This document shows, one piece after another, positions 17,693 through 26,938 of a stretch of 48,954 bases of DNA. The first letter of the stretch is position 1. The number at the start of each line of letters is the position of its first letter. The position numbers and the translations under genes are program-made. This DNA is from Spirochaetales bacterium (lineage in GTDB: Bacteria; Spirochaetota; Spirochaetia; JABEVK01): assembly GCA_037142615.1 (NCBI GenBank), contig JBAXAI010000028.1:1-48954 (forward strand), written 5' to 3'. The notes beneath the pieces are model-generated. The model had not been told where the DNA came from and did no database searches. It worked only from the letters and a program-made list of their open reading frames with translations.

Positions 17693-18811
17693 TCACCTCA
17701 GGCGGGCCAGCATTTCGGTAATGTAGGGATTGCGGATGCCCCGGCGCTGGAACTGCTGCAGCACGGCCATCGCCTCGTTGCGGTGCCCCAAAGCCAGGTG
17801 ACACTCAGCCATCTCCTGATAGATTCTGGGGTTACTGCTGTCGTTGCGCAACATGCCCGTCAACGTGTGCAGGGCCTGATCGTAGTGCCCCTGCGCCTTG
17901 CGGACCAGCGCCAAGCCCAGGATTGCATACTGATCGTACTCAATATCGAGGGCGGCCTGGTAACTCGCTTCGGCGTCTGCGTAGCGTTCCAACGCCCTCA
18001 GCGCGTCACCGGCCCGGGTGAGGATCACCTTGTTGTGCGGGTCAAACTCCAGAATCCGGTTCCAGTGGGCCAGAGATTCCTCGCTGCGGCCCAACCCACG
18101 GAAGCAGTCCGCCAGACCGAACAGCGCGTAGAAGTTGTCGGGGTGCTGCAGCAGAACTCGCTGGAAGTAGGGCACACCCAGTTCGTAGGTCTTCAGCTTT
18201 CGGTGGCAATTGCCCAGCGAGGTCAGCACCCGGATGTCGGCGTCGGTGTGCAGCTTCTCCATCTTTTCCCAGCAGCGGAGCGCTTCGCGGTAGTCTTTGA
18301 AGTCGTAGTACAGGTGGCCCAGACCGATGAGCGCGTAGGCATTTTCGGGCTCGATCGCGAGCACCTTTTGGTAGGTCGCCTTGGAGCCGCCGAAGTTGCG
18401 CACCTTGCGGAAGGCGTCGGCGACGCGCGTGAGCACGGTCAGGTTCTGGCCGTCCTGCTCCAGGTATTTTTCCCAAATGTCGAGGGCCTTGTGGAACAAA
18501 CCCAGGCCCTTATACGCGTCGGCCAGACCGAACAGCGCGTAGTTGTTGGTGGCGTTTTGGCGCAGGCACTCCTGGTAGTAGGCAGTGGCCTTTTCAAAAT
18601 CGGCCCGCTTGCGGCACAGGTCGCCCAGGCCGACCAGCGCGTAGTTATTCTTGGGTTCCAGCGCGATCAACTGGGTGAAGCAGTCCTCGGCCTCGTTGAG
18701 GTGCCCTTCCTTCAGCGCGGCGTAGCCCTCTTTCGAGAGCTCGCTGACCGGGTCGTTGCCGTCGGGCAGTTCCTGAATCGGGTGCGGCTGTTCAAACTCG
18801 GCGTCAATCAT
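17693..18811 (-). CDS. Tetratricopeptide repeat protein
   Basis: Repeated 34-aa units with 'NNYALVGLGD', 'NNYALFGLAD', 'NAYALIGLGH', 'NFYALFGLAD'. Confidence 0.9.
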   Translation of the reverse strand: MIDAEFEQPHPIQELPDGNDPVSELSKEGYAALKEGHLNEAEDCFTQLIALEPKNNYALVGLGDLCRKRADFEKATAYYQECLRQNATNNYALFGLADAYKGLGLFHKALDIWEKYLEQDGQNLTVLTRVADAFRKVRNFGGSKATYQKVLAIEPENAYALIGLGHLYYDFKDYREALRCWEKMEKLHTDADIRVLTSLGNCHRKLKTYELGVPYFQRVLLQHPDNFYALFGLADCFRGLGRSEESLAHWNRILEFDPHNKVILTRAGDALRALERYADAEASYQAALDIEYDQYAILGLALVRKAQGHYDQALHTLTGMLRNDSSNPRIYQEMAECHLALGHRNEAMAVLQQFQRRGIRNPYITEMLARLR

Positions 18812-19119
18812 TCCTCGATCCAGTTTCGCAGGACGGTGGTGAGTTTGACCACCATGGCCTCGGCCTGTGGCGGGGCTGGCGCGAGTTTGTACATCTGAAA
18901 GGCCGAAAGGTAGTCCTTCTGCTTCTGGTAGTAGTCGCCCAGACGCACCATTCCATCGGTGTACAGCGTGGAAACGAAGATTTTCTTGGCCTGTTCAAAC
19001 TCCCCGCGCGAAAACAGGTCGTTCCCCTTGCGGATGAGTTGCACTTTGATTTCGGAGGGCAGCGGGGGCAGATTGGGCCGGGTGGTCTTGAGAAAGCCTT
19101 GTTGCGGCATCTCCATCAC
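18808..19119 (-). CDS. Conserved hypothetical helical protein
   Basis: Translationally coupled to hisB and the TPR gene; 'LIRKGNDLFSRGEFEQAKKIFVSTLYTDGMVRLGDYY' is TPR-like. Confidence 0.7.
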   Translation of the reverse strand: MMEMPQQGFLKTTRPNLPPLPSEIKVQLIRKGNDLFSRGEFEQAKKIFVSTLYTDGMVRLGDYYQKQKDYLSAFQMYKLAPAPPQAEAMVVKLTTVLRNWIEE

Positions 19120-19697
19120 AGCACTCCTTTGGTCGAAGGGACCACCGAACCCGGGGCACGCAGCGTATACGCCTGAGCCAAAGCCTTGCCGAGCGCCTTG
19201 AACAGGGCCTCGACCATGTGGTGGGCGTTTTCACCGTACCGGCAACGCGCGTGGAGCGTGATGCGGGCGTTGTTGGCCAAGGCGATGACAAACTCGCGCA
19301 CCAGCGACAGGTCAAAGTTACCCGCGTGGGTCTGCGGCAATTCGGCCTCGTATACCCAGTACGGGCGACTGCACACATCGATCACGCACTCCGACAGGGC
19401 CTCGTCCATGGGGATGGTCTGGTGGCCGTAGCGGACCAAGGCTCCCCGGTCTTTCTGCAAGCGCGAAAAGGCGTCGCCCAGCACAATCCCTACGTCTTCC
19501 ACGAGGTGATGCGGATCGACGTCGAGATCGCCGGTGGCGGTCACTTCGAGGAAAAAGCCCCCGTGAAAGGCCAGGGCGTTTAACATGTGGTCAAAAAACG
19601 GCAGGCCTGTCGCGAGTTTCGGGGCCCCGCTGCTGTCCAGGTCGAGGACCAGATGAATGCGGGTTTCTTTGGTGTTTCGATCGATCGTGACACTCAT
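19116..19697 (-). CDS. hisB: Imidazoleglycerol-phosphate dehydratase
   Basis: 'RNTKET', 'FFDHML', 'DPHHLVED', 'PMDEAL', 'NAHHMVEALFKA', 'PSTKGVL'. Confidence 0.97.
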   Translation of the reverse strand: MSVTIDRNTKETRIHLVLDLDSSGAPKLATGLPFFDHMLNALAFHGGFFLEVTATGDLDVDPHHLVEDVGIVLGDAFSRLQKDRGALVRYGHQTIPMDEALSECVIDVCSRPYWVYEAELPQTHAGNFDLSLVREFVIALANNARITLHARCRYGENAHHMVEALFKALGKALAQAYTLRAPGSVVPSTKGVL

Positions 19698-19698
19698 A

Positions 19699-20349
19699 TT
19701 ATTTACGTAAAGTATCGACCAGCGCCCCGATCTCTTGATAGCGGAGTTTGTAGTACGCCGCGTTGGCGAACAGATTCACGCCGATTTCTCCCAAGGTTTC
19801 GAGCACCTCGAGGCCGTTGGCCTTGAGCGTCGAGCCGGTTTCGACGAGATCGACGATGTAGGGCGCCAAGCCGAGCACGGGGGCCAGCTCAACCGAGCCG
19901 TCCAGGCGGATGATTTTGACCGGGACGCCGAGGCCGTGAAAGTAGTCGCGGGTGAAGCGGGTGAACTTGGTGGCGATGGTCATGTGGCTCGAGCCCGCCA
20001 GCGGACCGGAAGTGAACCCCGGGGGCCGGCTGTGGTCCTTTCGGGCGGCCAAGGCCATGCGGGTCTGTCCAAAGTCGAAGCTCAGCAGGCGTGGAAACTC
20101 GTAGCCCGACTCATACAGCACATCATCGCCGCAAAGGCCTAGACCCGCGATGCCGTGGTGCACGTACGTTGGCAGGTCGGCGTTTTTCACCAGAATGATC
20201 TGCAGGGTTCCGGTCGAGTCGAGGGTGGTGAGCTTGCGGTCGTTAAAGTCGAACACAAAGCCCTTGCCGGCAAAGTGCTTTTGCACCAAGTCAAACAGGC
20301 GGCCCTTGGGCAGGGCCAGGGTGAGGGGCAGCGGCGGGGTCTGCGTCAT
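19699..20349 (-). CDS. hisG: ATP phosphoribosyltransferase, short form
   Basis: 'LALPKGRL', 'IATKF', 'GSVELAPVLGLA..IVDLVETGSTLKANGL'; 216 aa short form next to hisZ. Confidence 0.95.
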   Translation of the reverse strand: MTQTPPLPLTLALPKGRLFDLVQKHFAGKGFVFDFNDRKLTTLDSTGTLQIILVKNADLPTYVHHGIAGLGLCGDDVLYESGYEFPRLLSFDFGQTRMALAARKDHSRPPGFTSGPLAGSSHMTIATKFTRFTRDYFHGLGVPVKIIRLDGSVELAPVLGLAPYIVDLVETGSTLKANGLEVLETLGEIGVNLFANAAYYKLRYQEIGALVDTLRK

Positions 20350-21404
20350 AGCGTCATGTTCCTTCCGGCCTGGCGGGCCTCACGGGCCTTGTGGAAGCGC
20401 TGTTCCAAGGTGGCCCCCGTCGCACCCGGCGCGGTGGCAGGACTGTCGAGCTTGCCCAGGTCAACCAGAGTTTCCACCTTGCCCAAATGAAAACTGAAGC
20501 CGACCGAAGGCGAGTCGAGGCCGAAGCGGGCCAGAAGTTTGTCGTAGCGGCCACCGGCAGCCAGCGCGTCGCCCAATCCCGGTTGGTAGACCCGGAACAC
20601 CAGCCCCGTGTAGTAGCTTTGACGGCCGGCCTCGCTGAAATCCACCCGGAAACGCTCGCCAAAGCCCAGCGCCTCGAGCCGGGACGCCAGTTCGATAACG
20701 AGCTCGGCTTGGGCCCGAGTGGCCGGCGAAAGGCCTTGCAGCCGACCCACCTGCGCCCGGGCCTCGGTGGCCGTGCCGATGAAGCCGAACAGGTCGCGAA
20801 GCGCCTGCGGCCCGGGGAGTTCGTCCCAGCGGCGCAGCAACACGGCCTCGAGAGCAGCGGCCTGGGCCCCGGCATCGAGTGCGCCAAAAGCGGCGTCGAA
20901 CACGCCACGACTGCCCAGATGGATGCGGGCCTGAGGCAAGCCCAGCGTGGTGAGCACTTCTTCGAGCAGGAGCAGCATTTCCAGGTCACCTTCGGGACCG
21001 CTGGCGCCCAGGAACTCGGCCCCGATCTGGAAGAACTCGTTGGCGGCGATGTCTTCAAGGTCCTGGTGGCGCAAAATGGTGTCGGAATAGCACACACGAA
21101 GGGGAGCATGCCCGCTTTGAAGCGCTACCCCCAGCGACCGGGCCAAAAACAGCGTGATGTCGCTGCGCAGCATCAGCAGATCGCCTTCGCGGTCCACCAG
21201 TCGGTAGACGCTTTCAGCCTGGCGGCCCAACAGCGGCGCGTAGAGGTCGTAAAAGTCAAACACCGGGGTCTGTACCGGCTGGTACCCCCAGCGGGTGAAA
21301 AGATTCTGCACCCGACGGACCAATTCCTGACGGCGGAAAGCGTCTTCGAGCATCAGCCGCTCGGTGCCTTGGGGGAGTTTGTACAGGTGCGAGGCAGAGT
21401 TCAT
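20346..21404 (-). CDS. hisZ: ATP phosphoribosyltransferase regulatory subunit
   Basis: HisRS-like: 'LPQG', 'LMLRSDIT', 'EFFQIGAE', 'YYTGLVF', 'GGRYDKL'. Start placed at ATG 21404. Confidence 0.92.
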   Translation of the reverse strand: MNSASHLYKLPQGTERLMLEDAFRRQELVRRVQNLFTRWGYQPVQTPVFDFYDLYAPLLGRQAESVYRLVDREGDLLMLRSDITLFLARSLGVALQSGHAPLRVCYSDTILRHQDLEDIAANEFFQIGAEFLGASGPEGDLEMLLLLEEVLTTLGLPQARIHLGSRGVFDAAFGALDAGAQAAALEAVLLRRWDELPGPQALRDLFGFIGTATEARAQVGRLQGLSPATRAQAELVIELASRLEALGFGERFRVDFSEAGRQSYYTGLVFRVYQPGLGDALAAGGRYDKLLARFGLDSPSVGFSFHLGKVETLVDLGKLDSPATAPGATGATLEQRFHKAREARQAGRNMTL

Positions 21405-21414
21405 GGCTCCCAGC

Positions 21415-22215
21415 CTACCAGATCTCAGGCGAGTGAAACAACCGACCGAAGGTGAGGACCAAGCCCGCCGCCAACGACACAAGGCCTCCCGCCAGCCAGA
21501 GGGCGGGCAACGGTGGCTCAACGCTCGCCACCGGGGTGTTGTACCCGGCTACCACGAGCCCCGCCAGCGCAAGCACGACCGGTAGGCCGTTGAACAGCGC
21601 GTGGGCCGCCAAGGGCCACGCCAAACCGCCGGTCTTGAGGCGCAGCCAGCCCAGGTACACCCCCGCGAACACGGCGGGAACCCCCTGCCAGGGGTTGAGG
21701 TGCATCAGCCCGAACAGCAGGCTTGTCCAGAGGACTGCGGCCCAACTCCCGTAACGCCGGACGAGCGGAGGGAGCATCAGCCCGCGGAACAAGCTTTCTT
21801 CGGTGAGGGGGGCCACGAGCATCAGCGCTACGAGCAGGGGCACCGGCTGGCTGGGGTCGAACAGTCGGGTCAGGGCTCGCACCAGGGTTTCAGGAATTGG
21901 CCACAACTGGGCGACGAGGTTGCCGACTTGGCCCAGCACCAAACTGCCCCCCACGGCCGAGAGCCCCACGCCCAAGGCCAGCGCGAGGGGATTCGCCAGT
22001 ACGGTCGCTGGCGTGGCGGAGCTAGGCGCCGAGCCTCGTCGCTGCCAAGCCCAACCCACCGCCAGCACCAGTCCAAAGGCCAGAAGGTTGGACGTACCCA
22101 GCGGCCACTTTGCCCCCGGGTCAAGGAACGAGAATACCAACAGAACAGCCACCGTGAGCCCGAGCGAGGCCAGCGCCCCCGGAAAAGGCTCGCGGCCGCC
22201 GAGTTCCCGGGTCAC
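21415..22215 (-). CDS. CPBP (CAAX/Abi) family intramembrane metalloprotease
   Basis: 'APLTEESLFRG', 'FGLMH', 'AHALFN' motifs; multiple TM helices. Confidence 0.9.
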   Translation of the reverse strand: MTRELGGREPFPGALASLGLTVAVLLVFSFLDPGAKWPLGTSNLLAFGLVLAVGWAWQRRGSAPSSATPATVLANPLALALGVGLSAVGGSLVLGQVGNLVAQLWPIPETLVRALTRLFDPSQPVPLLVALMLVAPLTEESLFRGLMLPPLVRRYGSWAAVLWTSLLFGLMHLNPWQGVPAVFAGVYLGWLRLKTGGLAWPLAAHALFNGLPVVLALAGLVVAGYNTPVASVEPPLPALWLAGGLVSLAAGLVLTFGRLFHSPEIW

Positions 22216-23378
22216 GGTTCGAGTTTGTCGAGCGCCTCGAGCGCCAGAGTCACCACGGCCGGCACGTAGTCGCTGAAGCGCACGTCTTGCAGGACAGCGC
22301 GACCAGCTGACTTTTTCACGGCCCCCAGGTTGAAGATGATTTCGCGCACGAGCGCGAGCTCATCCGCCGTCAAGACTCCCTGCTTCTGCTTCAGATTGAA
22401 GTCGCCCAGGTTTTTGACCAGGATGTCGATGCTCACCGGGTCGCCAATGTGCGCCAGAACCCTCACGGCGATCATCTTGAGCGCCATGTCGGCCTTTTTC
22501 TGGTCGATCAACGTCTTCATCGGACCTGAAAGCGCTGGGGGTGGTGCGGGAGCGGCATTGGCTGCCATGAGCGAGGCCTTCAACAAGCGGGTGGCCGCGT
22601 CCTTTTCCAGCGAATCGCGCATCTGAAAGGTGACCAGCGTCGACAGCACCGCCTCGGCGGCCTTGCCTCCGGCAACGGGATCGCTTTCGACCCCCAGGTC
22701 AAGGAAAAGTGACTCGCGGAAAATCAGGTCATCGTCGTTGCGCAGGAGGTCCAACTTCGACGCAAAGACGTCGGAAGACATGGCGCCGAGGGACTTGCGG
22801 GCCAGTTCGCGGATCCCTCCAGCGGCAGTATACCAGCCGAGGCTGGCGACCGCGGTATCACGGAACGCGCCGGTCGCCTTGAGAAGGGCCAGCGACTGAA
22901 GGATGTAACTGGCCATCACTTCTTGCGAGCGGCCACGGACGGCCCCGGCATTCAATTGTCCTAGCTCGCGGATCATATCAAGCACCGCGCGGCTGTCGCC
23001 CATGCGGGCCAGAGCCAACCAGGCCTCTCCCCGAAGGAAGGGGTCCTTGTACTGCGCGGGAATGCGTCCCAGCAACTGGGCGGCCGCAACCACTTTGCGG
23101 GTTCCAAGTGCCTGGCACAACCACTGGCCCAAGGCCCGTTTTTCTTGTTTGACGTTGTCGGTGCCCTTTTCGAGATCCTCGCTGTCAGCAAGCAGGAGGG
23201 CCTGCAGCAGAAAGGCATCGCTCAGGTCGGCGGGGCGCTGGGACTGAAGGTACGAAAGGCGCTCGGCGAGGGGACTCGCTTCGTAAAAAGACCACTGGTT
23301 GGTCGTGGTCTCAGCCGGCAAAACAGCCGAGCCCACGGCGAAGATCGCCAGGAGAATCAGCAAGGTTTTTGTTTTCAT
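22212..23378 (-). CDS. Exported HEAT-repeat-like helical protein
   Basis: Signal peptide; HEAT-like units 'LRGEAWLALARMGDSRAV', 'AVRVLAHIGDPVSIDILV'. Confidence 0.7.
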   Translation of the reverse strand: MKTKTLLILLAIFAVGSAVLPAETTTNQWSFYEASPLAERLSYLQSQRPADLSDAFLLQALLLADSEDLEKGTDNVKQEKRALGQWLCQALGTRKVVAAAQLLGRIPAQYKDPFLRGEAWLALARMGDSRAVLDMIRELGQLNAGAVRGRSQEVMASYILQSLALLKATGAFRDTAVASLGWYTAAGGIRELARKSLGAMSSDVFASKLDLLRNDDDLIFRESLFLDLGVESDPVAGGKAAEAVLSTLVTFQMRDSLEKDAATRLLKASLMAANAAPAPPPALSGPMKTLIDQKKADMALKMIAVRVLAHIGDPVSIDILVKNLGDFNLKQKQGVLTADELALVREIIFNLGAVKKSAGRAVLQDVRFSDYVPAVVTLALEALDKLEP

Positions 23379-23433
23379 ACTAATATTATCGTGTTTTGCC
23401 GGTCAAAAAACCAAAAAAAAGTAATCCGATGAC

Positions 23434-24240
23434 TCAGAGCACCAAAAGGCCTTGCAAAGACGAGATGCGGGCGGGGTCAGACCAGCTGTCAACGTACTCG
23501 CCCTCGGCGGTAAACTCGACTACCTGACGGCCCTTCTTTCCGTTGCCGGGGCCGTGGTCCTGCCAGTTGGCCGCGACGATGTGGCCGTCTTCGAGCACTT
23601 GAAAACTGGCGTAGAAGAACGGCGCCACCTCGTCGGGAACGGTCCCCTTGCCTCCAAAAGTCTGCAAAAGCTTGCCCTGCGCGTCAAAACGGGCCAAAAA
23701 GGCCCCGTAGCCAGCCGAGACAAGCGTGGTGCCGTCTTCAAAGCGGTGGGGCATCCAGGCGTGGAGAAAACCGGGCGCCTCGAGCCGCCGCAGAGCTTCG
23801 AGCGAAGGGCTGGTTTCCAGGATGTGGTCGTTGGTGCACAACAAAAAAGTTCCCGTGGGGGTAGGGCGCATCAGTCGTACATAGTCGCCTTCGCGGCGCA
23901 CCACTCGTTCGAGCGCGCCAGAGGCCGAAAGCGTCGCAACGGTGACCCCCAAGCGACCTTCGAGACCCAAACCGGTCAGGAGCGTTCGACCATCGATCCT
24001 TCGAACCGAAGTCACGTGACGCCAGCGGTCCTGCAGCCCCATAACGCGTCCCGAAGCGATTTCAACCTCAAAATACCCCCGGTCGAACCCGACAAGGACC
24101 CGGTCGGGCCCCAACCGCTGAAGGTCGCGCGCCAGGGGTAACTCGGCCAAGTCGAGAGTCCAGCCAGCCGCACCGCTGGCGGTGTCGTAGAGTCCCAGGG
24201 TTTGTTTTCCCTCGTCGTAGCCCACAAAGCGATGCCGCAT
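23434..24240 (-). CDS. Hypothetical protein, probable beta-propeller (268 aa)
   Basis: SD GGAGG before ATG 24240; repeated beta-strand units ('DGRTLL', 'TGTFLL', 'DGTTLV', 'DGHIVAANW'); divergent from eda. Confidence 0.7.
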   Translation of the reverse strand: MRHRFVGYDEGKQTLGLYDTASGAAGWTLDLAELPLARDLQRLGPDRVLVGFDRGYFEVEIASGRVMGLQDRWRHVTSVRRIDGRTLLTGLGLEGRLGVTVATLSASGALERVVRREGDYVRLMRPTPTGTFLLCTNDHILETSPSLEALRRLEAPGFLHAWMPHRFEDGTTLVSAGYGAFLARFDAQGKLLQTFGGKGTVPDEVAPFFYASFQVLEDGHIVAANWQDHGPGNGKKGRQVVEFTAEGEYVDSWSDPARISSLQGLLVL

Positions 24241-24317
24241 GGCAGAACCTCCGATGTTTTGCCGCATTAAACCTATCCTGTCATGGTAGGTGCGAACTTG
24301 GATCCCGTCAAATTCCC

Positions 24318-24347
24318 TTGACAGAAGGACCCGATGGTCGCTAAAAT
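24318..24347 (+). promoter_or_regulatory. sigma70 promoter of eda-kdgK-kduI-kduD
   Basis: TTGACA (24318-24323), 18 nt, TAAAAT (24342-24347). Confidence 0.7.
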
Positions 24348-24364
24348 AAAACAACGTTCCACTA
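24344..24364. promoter_or_regulatory. KdgR(IclR)-box-like operator overlapping -10/+1
   Basis: AAATAAAACAACGTTCCACTA versus the enterobacterial KdgR consensus AAATGAAACAnTGTTTCATTT: 15 of 20 specified positions match by my count. Confidence 0.5.
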
Positions 24365-24382
24365 GATGAAACAGGAGTCACC

Positions 24383-25030
24383 ATGGACAAGGAAACTGTG
24401 CTTCTACGCATCCGGGAATCGGGTGTTGTTGCGGTTGTGCGGGCCGAAACCTCCGACCAAGCGCTTCGCATCAGCGAGGCCTGCCTGGCCGGTGGCGTGT
24501 CAGCTATCGAAGTGACGTTCACCGTGCCCCGCGCCCACGACGTGATCGCCGACCTGGCCAAACGCTTTTCGGCCAACGAGATTCTCCTGGGTGCCGGGTC
24601 GGTGCTCGATCCCGAAACCGCGCGCATCGCTATTCTCGAAGGTGCCAACTACATCGTTTCCCCCTGCCTCAACCTCGAGACGCTGAGGTTGTGCAACCGC
24701 TACCGCGTGGCCTGCATGCCCGGCGCCATGACAGTGGCCGAGGTAGTCGCTGCGCTTGAGGGCGGAGCCGACATCATCAAGGTGTTTCCCGGCGAGGTGG
24801 CAGGTCCGGCTTTCATCAAAGGTGTGCGCGGTCCCCTGCCGCAAGCGCGGTTGATGCCCACCGGCGGAGTCAGTCTCGACAACGTAGCGACGTGGATCGG
24901 GGCAGGAGCCGTGGCTATCGGCGTGGGAGGGCAACTGACCGCTGGCGCGCTGACCGGAGACTACACTAAAGTAACAAAGACCGCCCGGCAGTTCATCGAA
25001 GCCGTCCGCACGGCCCGCACCGAGACGTAA
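24383..25030 (+). CDS. eda: KDPG/KHG aldolase
   Basis: 'IEVTFT', 'GAGSVLD', 'PGAMTVAE', 'IKVFPG', 'MPTGGV'. Confidence 0.93.
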   Translation: MDKETVLLRIRESGVVAVVRAETSDQALRISEACLAGGVSAIEVTFTVPRAHDVIADLAKRFSANEILLGAGSVLDPETARIAILEGANYIVSPCLNLETLRLCNRYRVACMPGAMTVAEVVAALEGGADIIKVFPGEVAGPAFIKGVRGPLPQARLMPTGGVSLDNVATWIGAGAVAIGVGGQLTAGALTGDYTKVTKTARQFIEAVRTARTET

Positions 25031-25039
25031 GGAGCTCCC

Positions 25040-26104
25040 ATGAGCAGAATCATCACCTTTGGCGAAATCATGCTGCGGCTCAAAAGCCCGGCGAACGAGC
25101 GGCTTTTCCAGGCCCCGAACCTGGAGGCCACCTTTGGCGGCGGCGAGGCCAACGTGGCCGTGTCGCTGGCGTTGTTCGGCCGCGAGGCCGCCTTCGTCAC
25201 CGCGTTGCCCGACAACCCTGTGGCCGACGCCGCCGTGAGGCAACTGCGCGGCTATGGCGTCGACACCCGGGGTATCAAACGCACCAAGACCGGCCGCCTG
25301 GGCATTTACTTCCTCGAGACCGGCGCCAACCAGCGCGCCAGCACTGTGGTGTACGACCGCGACGGCTCGGCCATCCAGGCGGTCAAACCCGGCGATTTCG
25401 ACTGGGCGAACCTGTTTGCCGGTGCCAGTTGGTTCCACGTGACCGGCATCACCCCGGCGCTGTCGCAGTCGGCCGCTGACGCCACCCTCGAAGCCATGAA
25501 AGCTGCCCAGAAAGCCGGGGTGAAGGTCAGTTTTGACCTGAACTACCGCAAAAAGCTCTGGAACTACGGCAAAAAGGCCCCCGAGGTGATGACCGAGCTG
25601 GTGAAGCACGTCGACGTCGTGGTCGCCAACGAAGAAGACATCCAGATGTGCCTCGGAATCAATCCGGATGCCAGCGCAACCGGGGGAGTCGACGTCTCGA
25701 CAGGCCACGTGAGCGCCGAAGCCTATCGCGGCCTTACCCAAAAGGTGAAAAAAACCTACCCCAACCTGAGCGTGGTCGCGGTCACCCTGCGCGCCAGCCG
25801 TTCCGCCGACCGCAACGGTTGGTCGGCCGTGCTCGACGGCCAGGCGGGCTTTTTCACCAGCAAGAGCTACGACATCGACGACATCGTCGACCGTGTTGGC
25901 GGCGGCGACAGCTTCAGCGCCGGGCTGGTGTTCGGCCTCACCGAATGGGCCGACGCCACCACCGAACACGAGTCCAAGGCCCTGGAATACGCCGTCGCCG
26001 CCAGTTGCCTCAAGCACAGCATTCCGGGCGATTTTAACTTGGTCACCCGTTCCGAAGTCGAAAGTCTAATGGGTGGCGATGCCACCGGGAGAGTCAAGCG
26101 ATGA
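25040..26104 (+). CDS. kdgK: 2-dehydro-3-deoxygluconokinase (PfkB family)
   Basis: 'FGEIMLRL', 'GGGEANVA', 'DLNYRKKLW', 'DRVGGGDSF', 'LKHSIPGD'. Confidence 0.92.
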   Translation: MSRIITFGEIMLRLKSPANERLFQAPNLEATFGGGEANVAVSLALFGREAAFVTALPDNPVADAAVRQLRGYGVDTRGIKRTKTGRLGIYFLETGANQRASTVVYDRDGSAIQAVKPGDFDWANLFAGASWFHVTGITPALSQSAADATLEAMKAAQKAGVKVSFDLNYRKKLWNYGKKAPEVMTELVKHVDVVVANEEDIQMCLGINPDASATGGVDVSTGHVSAEAYRGLTQKVKKTYPNLSVVAVTLRASRSADRNGWSAVLDGQAGFFTSKSYDIDDIVDRVGGGDSFSAGLVFGLTEWADATTEHESKALEYAVAASCLKHSIPGDFNLVTRSEVESLMGGDATGRVKR

Positions 26105-26937
26105 ATCTGGATATCCGTTATGCGCACCACCCCGACGATGTGAAGGGGTACGACACCACCAAGCTGCGCGAGCACTTTCTCGTGGAACAACTGTTTGTTC
26201 CCGGCGAGATCGCGCTCACCTACACCCACGTCGACCGCGTGGTGTTCGGCGGGGCCACCCCCACCGACAAACCGCTGGCCCTGCTCGGCGGCAAAGATTT
26301 CGGCACCGACGTGTTTTTGGAACGCCGCGAGCTGGGCATCATCAACATCGGCGGCGAGGGCAGCGTCACCCTCGACGGCGTGGTGCATCCCATGATCAAG
26401 GGAGATGGGTTCTACGTCGGCAAGGGCACCAAGCAGGTGCTGTTCGCCAGCAAGGACGCCAAGAACCCCGCGCAGTTCTACCTGGCCAGCTCCCCCGCGC
26501 ACCAAACGTTCCCCACGGTGAAAATTGAGTTTGCCAAGGCCAATCCCCGCAAGGTGGGCGCGCCCGAGACCGTCAACGTGCGCACCATCTACCAGTACGT
26601 GCACCCCGCCGTCTGCCAAAGCTGCCAGCTGGTGATGGGCATGACCCTGCTCGAAACCGGCAGCGTGTGGAACACCATGCCCTGCCACACCCACGAGCGC
26701 CGCATGGAAGTGTACCTGTACTTTGATATGGCGGCCGACACGCGCGTGTTCCACATGCACGGCCAACCCAGCGAAACCCGTCACCTCGTGGTTGCCGACC
26801 GGCAGGCCGTGATCAGTCCGTCGTGGAGCATCCATTCGGGCGTCGGAACCGGCAGCTACACCTTCATCTGGGCCATGGCCGGCGAGAACCAGACGTTCGA
26901 CGACATGGACCACGTCAAGCCCGAGGATCTTCGGTAG
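26101..26937 (+). CDS. kduI: 4-deoxy-L-threo-5-hexosulose-uronate ketol-isomerase
   Basis: 'FLERRELGIINIGG', 'WNTMPCHTHERRMEVYLYF', 'SPSWSIHSGVG', 'WAMAGEN'. Confidence 0.97.
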   Translation: MNLDIRYAHHPDDVKGYDTTKLREHFLVEQLFVPGEIALTYTHVDRVVFGGATPTDKPLALLGGKDFGTDVFLERRELGIINIGGEGSVTLDGVVHPMIKGDGFYVGKGTKQVLFASKDAKNPAQFYLASSPAHQTFPTVKIEFAKANPRKVGAPETVNVRTIYQYVHPAVCQSCQLVMGMTLLETGSVWNTMPCHTHERRMEVYLYFDMAADTRVFHMHGQPSETRHLVVADRQAVISPSWSIHSGVGTGSYTFIWAMAGENQTFDDMDHVKPEDLR

Positions 26938-26938
26938 G

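Noticed and set aside
17693-18811. Recurring nucleotide motif such as 'gccagaccgaacagcgcgtag' as a DNA repeat array
   Set aside because: Explained by the encoded TPR repeats (YALFGLAD).
21415-22215. CPBP 'Abi' gene as an anti-phage system
   Set aside because: The family name is historical; the motifs indicate an ordinary intramembrane protease in a housekeeping context.
24241-24648. N-terminal extension of ORF 23434..24648
   Set aside because: Overlaps eda antisense and the promoter region; a good SD supports ATG 24240.
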